A program made the translations under genes and the position numbers. The notes under the pieces are model-generated. The model searched no databases. It was not told the origin of the DNA and was given only the letters and a program-made list of their open reading frames with translations. DNA of 29,270 nucleotides from a virus (Duplodnaviria; Caudoviricetes). The DNA is taken from the IMG/VR virus record IMGVR_UViG_3300025889_000674, positions 1 to 29,270 of that record; one strand, written 5' to 3'. This document shows positions 20,570 through 26,464 of the stretch, one piece after another; the stretch's first letter is position 1, and the number at the start of each line of letters is the position of its first letter.

Positions 20570-20757
20570 TGAATCTAAAAGAAACAACGTGGAACGATGT
20601 AGATGAAGCGATGGATTTTGCAGTTAGTGAAATTGCAAGATTGAGAAAAGAGAACAAAAGTCTCAAAGCAGCTTTAGCTTTACAACCCCCACTATTATTA
20701 ACAAATGAGGTAAAAGATGGACATCAACAAGTGGAAGTCAATCGCAGTAAGAATTGA
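20569..20757 (+). CDS. hypothetical coiled-coil protein
   Basis: GGAGG SD and TAATG coupling at 20567-20571. Confidence 0.65.
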   Translation: MNLKETTWNDVDEAMDFAVSEIARLRKENKSLKAALALQPPLLLTNEVKDGHQQVEVNRSKN

Positions 20758-20959
20758 CGATTACAAAATTCTTAAAGCACTGGGAGTTAAGGATGAACGA
20801 AGACCCGTCGAATTGATCGCGATTATGACGCGGAAAGAAGTCGAAAGACGGGCTAAAGCGAAGAACATGTCGGTCAACGCTTATTTGAAAAAGCTCATGG
20901 AAGACGCTAAAAAACCTGACGACTACAAAAAAGCGGTCAACGGGTCTATAAAAAAATAA
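20717..20959 (+). CDS. putative ribbon-helix-helix DNA-binding regulator
   Basis: WKSIAVRIDDYKILKALG...RRPVELIAIM fits a beta-strand/helix/helix pattern; GAGG SD; 80 aa, basic. Confidence 0.6.
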   Translation: MDINKWKSIAVRIDDYKILKALGVKDERRPVELIAIMTRKEVERRAKAKNMSVNAYLKKLMEDAKKPDDYKKAVNGSIKK

Positions 20960-20967
20960 CTTGTAAT

Positions 20968-21050
20968 CTCATCTATTTTCTAGTAATAATTGAGCAAAGC
21001 GTAATCACGCGGTCAAACATTATTTCAATTATATTTAGGAGATAGATGAG
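20968..21050 (+). promoter_or_regulatory. long RNA hairpin sequestering the SD and start codon of gene 21046
   Basis: 20968-20993 pairs with 21025-21050: 24 of 26 positions paired, including 3 G-U; the right arm contains AGGAG and ATG. Confidence 0.75.
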
Positions 21051-21267
21051 TATTAAAAAAGAGCTGAAAGAGGCTATTGAGATTATAGCCCATAAAACAA
21101 CACCAACTGAGTTTGATAAAATCAAACAGGTTATGTTTGGTTTATATTCTGGTTGCACTTTTGGATTACCTGAACAAGGGATCGAATTTCTTATCACAAT
21201 GGATTCTGAATATAAAAAGGCACGTAGTAAAACTTTAAAAGGTACAATACTTCGTGTTGTTAAATAA
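21046..21267 (+). CDS. hypothetical protein
   Basis: AGGAG SD, 73 aa. Confidence 0.75.
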   Translation: MSIKKELKEAIEIIAHKTTPTEFDKIKQVMFGLYSGCTFGLPEQGIEFLITMDSEYKKARSKTLKGTILRVVK

Positions 21268-21271
21268 TCTC

Positions 21272-21336
21272 AAGATGAGTGGCCAGTTTTCCACACTTTC
21301 GAACTACCAATCGATCCTTCCCTGGCCACTCATTTT
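21272..21336 (+). ncRNA. intergenic large-loop hairpin (candidate antisense/regulatory RNA element)
   Basis: 15-bp stem AAGATGAGTGGCCAG/CTGGCCACTCATTTT (1 G-U) with a 35-nt pyrimidine-rich loop. Confidence 0.6.
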
Positions 21337-21347
21337 AAGGAGCTATA

Positions 21348-21677
21348 ATGGATTATTTAAAAAACGAATCAGAACCAGAAGAATTACAACCTGAAGTAAA
21401 ACTTTGGCGAGCTGTATTATCCAAAGCTTTTGAGGACGCGTTATACCGAGGACTCGAACGTCCATTAATTGTTCACAAAAACGAAGCTCACATGTGGTTT
21501 GTCAAAAATGATGACGATTTTGCCTATGTTTGTTATTGCTCTTTGTTTGAACCTGAGTATATTCATGACAAGTATTTTGAAATGCTTGAAAGTGGAAAAA
21601 TTAGATTTACAAAAAAACAAATTAAATATTTGAAGTGGAGAAAAATATATGATCAACGACGGAATAAAAATAAGTGA
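21348..21677 (+). CDS. hypothetical phage protein (possible regulator)
   Basis: AAGGAG SD; LWRAVLSKAFEDA...WF...DFAYVC helical pattern. Confidence 0.7.
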   Translation: MDYLKNESEPEELQPEVKLWRAVLSKAFEDALYRGLERPLIVHKNEAHMWFVKNDDDFAYVCYCSLFEPEYIHDKYFEMLESGKIRFTKKQIKYLKWRKIYDQRRNKNK

Positions 21678-22038
21678 TAAAGCTTACACCGCAGGATTCA
21701 TCGATGGAGAAGGTTATATTGAATCTGTTTGTCGATTAAAGAAAAATGGTCGAGGCGTTGCGTACCCAACACACACGCACAGAATTGAAGTGTGTAATAC
21801 CGACTTTGGAATCTTACAACGATTACAACAAACCTTTGGACTTGGAACGTTAGTCGAAAGACCTTCACGAATTACGGTGAACGGGAACCAGTCTAAACCA
21901 CAGCTCATGTGGAATGTACGTGGAACTAAAGCTTATGAATTGTTGAAAATGATTTTACCTTTTATGAAACAACAAAGTAAAATTAAAACTGCAAATAAAA
22001 TTATAAAATATTTTGATGAGAAAATTAAAAATTCTTGA
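21649..22038 (+). CDS. free-standing single-motif LAGLIDADG homing endonuclease
   Basis: AYTAGFIDGEGYI motif, then IEVCNTD...LQRLQQTFG and LLKMILPFM. Confidence 0.8.
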   Translation: MINDGIKISDKAYTAGFIDGEGYIESVCRLKKNGRGVAYPTHTHRIEVCNTDFGILQRLQQTFGLGTLVERPSRITVNGNQSKPQLMWNVRGTKAYELLKMILPFMKQQSKIKTANKIIKYFDEKIKNS

Positions 22039-23116
22039 TTTATTTTCTGGGATTGGAGGTTTTAGTCTTGGATTTGAAAAAACGGGATTATATCAAACTG
22101 TAGCATTTTGTGAAGTAGACCCTTACTGTAAACAATTGCTGCAAAAACATTGGAAAGGTGTTAAGATTTATGATGATATTAAAAAACTCAAAGGGCAAGA
22201 ACTCAAAGAAGAGTTTGGACAAATCGACATCGTCGCGGGTGGTTTCCCCTGCCAGCCTTACAGCGTTGCAGGAAAACAGAAAGGAACCAATGACGATCGA
22301 TATCTCTGGCCAGAAATGTTTCGAGTTATTACCGAAGTGCAACCAAGGTGGGTTGTTGCAGAGAATGTGCGAGGAATTGTTAACATCCAAGACGGCGTGG
22401 TCTTCGAACGTGTGTGCTCTGATTTGGAGAACCAAGGATACCAAGTACAACCGTTTAATATTCCAGCTGCGGGCGTCGGTGCGCCCCACCAAAGGGAAAG
22501 AATCTGGATTGTGGGCCACTCCAAACACTATGGACCACTTGCCTCCGAGATCGAAAGAAGGTACCCTCAAGATGATGCACGGTCAACGGAAGGGGAGAAC
22601 TCGACCATCGAATTTAAGGGAACAAGTAGACCCAGAGACAATGAAGTTATGGAGAACACCAGACGCACATTGCGACAGGGGGCCAGCATCAGAGGAACGA
22701 ATGAAAATGAAATTAGAGAAGAAGATGCCAATAAGTCTGAACGATCAAGTGAGACACCAGCAAATCTTATGGCCAACTCCGAGAGCATCCGGTCAAGAGA
22801 ATCCAGAAAGTTTAATCAAACGCAAGGGAGTGCAGAAAGCAATGCAACACAATCTAACAGCAGCAGTGCAGATGGTGCCCACTCCAACATCGAGGGACCA
22901 CAAGGACAATGGCCCGAACACGAATTATGCGAAGGCGAAGGCGAAACACAGATTAGCTGGCCACGCAGGTGGGAGTTTGAACCCGACGTGGGTCGAGTGG
23001 CTAATGGGGTACAAGGCCGGGTACACCGACTTAAAGCATTGGGAAACTCTATCGTCCCGCAAATCGCAGAAGAAATCGCAAAAGCAATAGGAAAAGCAGA
23101 ATATGAAAAAAGATAA
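22013..23116 (+). CDS. dcm: DNA cytosine-C5 methyltransferase, alpha polypeptide (lacks motif IX and TRD)
   Basis: Motif I DLFSGIGG, IV GGFPCQ, VI ENV, VIII HQRERIW, X RLKALGNSIVPQIA; the variable region is a low-complexity S/E/R stretch. Confidence 0.9.
   Translation: MMRKLKILDLFSGIGGFSLGFEKTGLYQTVAFCEVDPYCKQLLQKHWKGVKIYDDIKKLKGQELKEEFGQIDIVAGGFPCQPYSVAGKQKGTNDDRYLWPEMFRVITEVQPRWVVAENVRGIVNIQDGVVFERVCSDLENQGYQVQPFNIPAAGVGAPHQRERIWIVGHSKHYGPLASEIERRYPQDDARSTEGENSTIEFKGTSRPRDNEVMENTRRTLRQGASIRGTNENEIREEDANKSERSSETPANLMANSESIRSRESRKFNQTQGSAESNATQSNSSSADGAHSNIEGPQGQWPEHELCEGEGETQISWPRRWEFEPDVGRVANGVQGRVHRLKALGNSIVPQIAEEIAKAIGKAEYEKR
22290..23090 (+). CDS. C5-methyltransferase beta polypeptide encoded in the +1 frame inside the alpha gene
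   Basis: Frame open 22158-23090; ATG 22290 has an AAAGGA SD; four W/V-x-TP repeats and motif IX-like LNPTWVEWLMGY. Confidence 0.75.
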   Translation: MTIDISGQKCFELLPKCNQGGLLQRMCEELLTSKTAWSSNVCALIWRTKDTKYNRLIFQLRASVRPTKGKESGLWATPNTMDHLPPRSKEGTLKMMHGQRKGRTRPSNLREQVDPETMKLWRTPDAHCDRGPASEERMKMKLEKKMPISLNDQVRHQQILWPTPRASGQENPESLIKRKGVQKAMQHNLTAAVQMVPTPTSRDHKDNGPNTNYAKAKAKHRLAGHAGGSLNPTWVEWLMGYKAGYTDLKHWETLSSRKSQKKSQKQ

Positions 23117-23417
23117 AGATCGCAAAGCTCATTTAAAAATAGGGACTTTCTTAGAACGGATTGAATACATCAAAGAAAAACAAAACGTTTTAGATTTTTT
23201 TCTAGAAAAGAATAAAATTGAACCAAGTGGTGGTTGTTATTATTCCCAGTTCACTGCCGATTTAACAAAAGAACTATTGGCTCATTTGAAATCTTTTAAG
23301 CCCGATCCTAGAAGTAAACGTGAAGTTGAGTTTAGTAACAGTAATCAAAGGTTTATAAAACGATTGCAAAAGCTTGATCAACGATATAAAAACAATTTGA
23401 AAAAAGATGTTCACTGA
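23103..23417 (+). CDS. hypothetical basic protein
   Basis: Co-directional ORF overlapping both neighbours. Confidence 0.6.
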   Translation: MKKDKDRKAHLKIGTFLERIEYIKEKQNVLDFFLEKNKIEPSGGCYYSQFTADLTKELLAHLKSFKPDPRSKREVEFSNSNQRFIKRLQKLDQRYKNNLKKDVH

Positions 23418-24246
23418 AGAAAATAAATTTACAGGCGAACCTGCCATGCGAATCTTGTCGTTAGGAGCTGGGGTTCAAAGCTCAACGATGGCCTTGATGG
23501 CAGAAGAAGGTGCGTTTGGCGTTAAACCTGATGCAGCGATCTTCGCGGACACGGGTTGGGAACCTAAACCCGTAATCGAACATTTGAATTGGTTGAAGAA
23601 ACAATTGTCTTACCCAGTTTATATTTGTAGTAAAGGCAACATTAGAGAAGATATTCAAAACGCAATGTCGGAAAACGGTAACCGATTTGCATCTGCACCA
23701 TTTTTTACTAAGAACCCTGACACGAATAAAAAAGGCATGTTGCGTAGACAATGCACTAGAGAATATAAAATTACTCCCATTCAAAAACAAACAAGAGAAT
23801 TGATGGGTGTAGGTTTTAGAAAAAGATTTCCAAAAGACAAGTGGGTTGAAATGTGGATTGGAATTTCAATGGATGAGATTATGCGAATGAAGCCTGCAAG
23901 AATCTGGTGGCAAAAGAATCGTTGGCCATTGATTGAAAAGAAGATGTCAAGAGACGATTGCATGACCTGGTACAATGGTAAAGATTATCGAAGACCTGCA
24001 AAGTCTGCTTGTATTGGTTGTCCTTTTCATGATGATGCATTTTGGGCTGACATGAAAACTAATCGACCAGAAGAATTTAAGGATGCCTGTGAGATCGATG
24101 AAACCATTCGAAAAGGCAATAAGAAAGTTAAAGACCAGTTATATATTCACCGATCTTGTGTACCATTGAAGGACGCAAAATTTAAAGTTAAGAAACAAGA
24201 ACCTGATTTATTCAATCAAGAGTGCGAGGGCATGTGTGGCCTGTAA
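23407..24246 (+). CDS. PAPS-reductase-like / adenine nucleotide alpha-hydrolase family protein, probably Fe-S
   Basis: PP-loop-like SLGAGVQS, ADTGWE, RQCTREYKI, SACIGCPF, C-terminal ECEGMCGL. Confidence 0.75.
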   Translation: MFTEENKFTGEPAMRILSLGAGVQSSTMALMAEEGAFGVKPDAAIFADTGWEPKPVIEHLNWLKKQLSYPVYICSKGNIREDIQNAMSENGNRFASAPFFTKNPDTNKKGMLRRQCTREYKITPIQKQTRELMGVGFRKRFPKDKWVEMWIGISMDEIMRMKPARIWWQKNRWPLIEKKMSRDDCMTWYNGKDYRRPAKSACIGCPFHDDAFWADMKTNRPEEFKDACEIDETIRKGNKKVKDQLYIHRSCVPLKDAKFKVKKQEPDLFNQECEGMCGL

Positions 24247-24453
24247 ATGAGATCCTTCATTGAAGCTGCAATTGATGTTGGCAGTGGACTTCTTCTTTCG
24301 ACTTTAATCCAATTATACATTTTTCCGTTTTTTGACTTGCACCCAACGATTTTCGAAAGTTTTCAAATCGCAATCATTTTTACTGTTATTTCTTTGTTTC
24401 GTTCTTGGTTGTGGAGATTATTGTTTAAGAGGTGGGGAGCAAGAAAGGATTGA
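24247..24453 (+). CDS. small membrane protein (two hydrophobic segments)
   Basis: SFIEAAIDVGSGLLLS...IIFTVISLFRSWLWRLLF. Confidence 0.7.
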   Translation: MRSFIEAAIDVGSGLLLSTLIQLYIFPFFDLHPTIFESFQIAIIFTVISLFRSWLWRLLFKRWGARKD

Positions 24454-24690
24454 AAAATAATAAATACTCCCCACCCAATGGAGAAAAATTAGTCATCCAT
24501 GGACAAGTAAAAAACAATCAAAACCATAGACGCCTAACCACAGTTGAAATATAGATTAAAATACTGGTCTCCGCAATACGTACACATTAGCACGGTGAAC
24601 GGGTGACGGATAACGGGGGCCGAAGCCCCTGTTCTAGGTCATATTGATCCTTTTGTTGTAAAGAGAAAGTTTCTATGAAAATAAAAACTT
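24431..24690 (-). ncRNA. candidate minus-strand structured small RNA
   Basis: Upstream TTGTCA-N17-(TG)TAAATT (24725-24697); c(UUCG)g hairpin at 24612-24633; two large U-rich-loop hairpins whose non-WC pairs are G-U on the - strand. Confidence 0.5.
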
Positions 24691-24718
24691 AATTAAAATT
24701 TATCATAAAATTATTTGT

Positions 24719-24747
24719 TTGACAAATAAATATATCCCATGTAAATA
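24719..24747 (+). promoter_or_regulatory. sigma70-type promoter with an ATCCCATG operator
   Basis: TTGACA-N17-TAAATA; ATATCCCATG at 24732-24741. Confidence 0.55.
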
Positions 24748-24753
24748 AGCTGT

Positions 24754-24858
24754 ATGTTTTTATTTATATTTACTGGTTTGGCGGTTTTGACGATGACACC
24801 AATTGCAATTGGTTTGTTAAAATCTCTTATAACCTTATTATTTTACGGCGGAATTTAG
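24754..24858 (+). CDS. 34-aa hydrophobic peptide MFLFIFTGLAVLTMTPIAIGLLKSLITLLFYGGI
   Basis: Hand translation; ATG is 6 nt after the -10 box (leaderless); too short for the ORF track. Confidence 0.5.
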   Translation: MFLFIFTGLAVLTMTPIAIGLLKSLITLLFYGGI

Positions 24859-24899
24859 TTGTATTTCTGCCACAGTGCGGTCATATTTGGCGGCTATTG

Positions 24900-25078
24900 T
24901 GCGGCGGTTGCCGCATTTCGGCTGCCGTTCCCAGAATTTCAGCGTACTTTCAGCCTACTACGCTGACAAAATAAACCGCATTCTATAAGGATTATTTAAC
25001 TTATTCTGGTTTCAGCGTACTTTTTACCTTTTTTTCGTGTTAGAGGTAGTTTTACTATATAGTACCTATAGTAGACTG
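24900..25078. repeat. cluster of direct and inverted repeats (candidate origin or packaging site)
   Basis: TTTCAGCGTACTTT at 24937 and 25010, variant TTTCAGCCTACT at 24948, inverted TACGCTGA at 24959, palindrome TACTATATAGTA at 25053-25064. Confidence 0.55.
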
Positions 25079-25131
25079 AAAAAATTTATACGATGATAGC
25101 GTTCACTGTATACTTGTGATAATAATAAACC

Positions 25132-25626
25132 ATGAAACGATTAAACCGACTGGGAGCCAAGCTCACACCGAAACAAAGACAATTTGCTGAGATTTATGTA
25201 GCTAATTATCCAGACATGTCTAAAACTGAAGCTGCCGAGAAGGCCGGGTATAGTAAGGCAATTGCGTCTAAGACAGGATCAAATTTAACTAACCCTGATT
25301 TAAATCCAGCTGTGGTTTCATACATGGAAATTATTCGGGACCAAAAATCTGGTTACTTCAAAGATTACTTGAGACATTTAAAAAGATTAGAAACATTATC
25401 AAAAAAAGCTGAAGGCAAAGGCCAGTATGCTGCAGCTGTAAATGCTGAATTTAGACTAGGTCAAGCTGCTGGTTTTTATGTTGACCGGGCTGAAATAAAA
25501 GTTGAAGATTTATCCTCAATGAGTAAAGAGGAGTTAATAGATCAAATAAAAAAACTACAGGATGAAATACCTCAAGCCAATGTTGTCGAAGTCCCAGCAG
25601 AAGAAATTAAAGAATCTAAAGACTGA
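25132..25626 (+). CDS. terS: terminase small subunit (HTH)
   Basis: LTPKQRQFAEIYV...TEAAEKAGYS...NLTNP HTH pattern; AAVNAEFRLGQAAGFYVDR; DLSSMSKEEL tail. Confidence 0.75.
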   Translation: MKRLNRLGAKLTPKQRQFAEIYVANYPDMSKTEAAEKAGYSKAIASKTGSNLTNPDLNPAVVSYMEIIRDQKSGYFKDYLRHLKRLETLSKKAEGKGQYAAAVNAEFRLGQAAGFYVDRAEIKVEDLSSMSKEELIDQIKKLQDEIPQANVVEVPAEEIKESKD

Positions 25627-25786
25627 GAGAGATTGGTGGAATTTATTTCACGAGATCCACAACGGGCACTTGATAGGAAGTTCTGTTGGTTCAGTAGAGG
25701 TGAAAGTAAATGAAAAAAAAGATAAAAATAGGATACGACGATATAAAAATCCAGAAGGTCGATTTCACCCCTCAAAAACAAAATGA
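25562..25786 (+). CDS. possible small hypothetical protein bridging terS and the next gene
   Basis: The only + strand ORF in the track covering 25626-25710; heavy overlaps; start uncertain. Confidence 0.4.
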   Translation: MKYLKPMLSKSQQKKLKNLKTERDWWNLFHEIHNGHLIGSSVGSVEVKVNEKKDKNRIRRYKNPEGRFHPSKTK

Positions 25787-26156
25787 TGCATTAGGCGAGT
25801 TTAAAGCTTCTTCTTCAGTTATTGAAATCGCTAAAGGAATGACCCCAAGACAGGAGGCCAACACCCTTTTACATGAAGTTTTGCACGGATGTGTGTATCA
25901 AACTGGTCTAAATTCTGATGGTGGAGCCCTTTCAAAAGACGATAGCGAGGAGTTAACTGTAAATGCACTTGCTAATTCTATATCCCAAGTTATAAGAGAT
26001 AATAAGTGGTTTTTACCCTACCTACAAAATGCTATTTCAGGAGGTCTAGATGGCGTTGAAAAAAGCCGAATCAAAGTTGTACCAAAGAATAAAAAAACAC
26101 ATAAAAGACGCGCACTTTCAAAGAATAGAAACAAGTACAATTCAAGGCGTTCCTGA
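25710..26156 (+). CDS. HExxH zinc metallopeptidase-like protein
   Basis: NTLLHEVLHG followed by EELTVNALAN; GAGGTG SD. Confidence 0.7.
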   Translation: MKKKIKIGYDDIKIQKVDFTPQKQNDALGEFKASSSVIEIAKGMTPRQEANTLLHEVLHGCVYQTGLNSDGGALSKDDSEELTVNALANSISQVIRDNKWFLPYLQNAISGGLDGVEKSRIKVVPKNKKTHKRRALSKNRNKYNSRRS

Positions 26157-26424
26157 CATAAATTACTGTATCGAAGGCGTCGAAGGATGGATCGAATTAA
26201 AGGTAAGCCGAGGTAAACTAAGTCGTTTCCAGAAGGTCTGGATTTATACCAGATTAAAACATGGTGGACGCGTTTTTATCCTGGTTTCCGTACCCAGGGA
26301 GAGAGCGCTAAAACTTTTCAAACCGAAACCCTCAACCCGTGACCCTCTTTCCGATCCACCGATTCGCGTATTACGGGAGCCGATCAACTGGCAAAATTTA
26401 AAAAATTTTTTAAAAAATTTATAA
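26050..26424 (+). CDS. VRR-NUC / Holliday junction resolvase-like PD-(D/E)XK nuclease
   Basis: ESKLY...RIE...GVPDI...WIELK...LSRFQKVW; GGAGG SD. Confidence 0.8.
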   Translation: MALKKAESKLYQRIKKHIKDAHFQRIETSTIQGVPDINYCIEGVEGWIELKVSRGKLSRFQKVWIYTRLKHGGRVFILVSVPRERALKLFKPKPSTRDPLSDPPIRVLREPINWQNLKNFLKNL

Positions 26425-26432
26425 AAAAATAG

Positions 26433-26460
26433 TTGACACTATCTCCCATGATGATAAAAG
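26433..26460 (+). promoter_or_regulatory. sigma70-type promoter with a TCCCATGAT operator, driving the structured RNA and early genes
   Basis: A-tract UP element, TTGACA-N16-(TG)TAAAAG. Confidence 0.55.
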
Positions 26461-26464
26461 GATA

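Noticed and set aside
21287-21294. Loop TTTTCCAC complementary to the SNF2 start (GTGGAAAA)
   Set aside because: Only 8 nt and low complexity; expected by chance
22500-23090. MTase as a frameshifted pseudogene or intein-containing gene
   Set aside because: Both frames are fully open, alpha keeps motif X in frame, the insert has no intein N/C-terminal signatures, and beta has its own SD and ATG
22088-23975. Minus-strand ORFs over the MTase and PAPS-reductase-like genes
   Set aside because: No motifs; higher GC and dual coding on + reduce stop-codon frequency
24487-24650. Tiny minus-strand ORFs (MT*, a 17-aa MCTYCG... and a 12-aa MVLIVF...)
   Set aside because: Too short to support; better explained as parts of the structured RNA
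24666-24692. Complementarity of the minus-strand sRNA 5' end to the start of gene 20318 (13 nt, 1 G-U)
   Set aside because: Almost entirely A/U pairs in an AT-rich genome, so not distinguishable from chance
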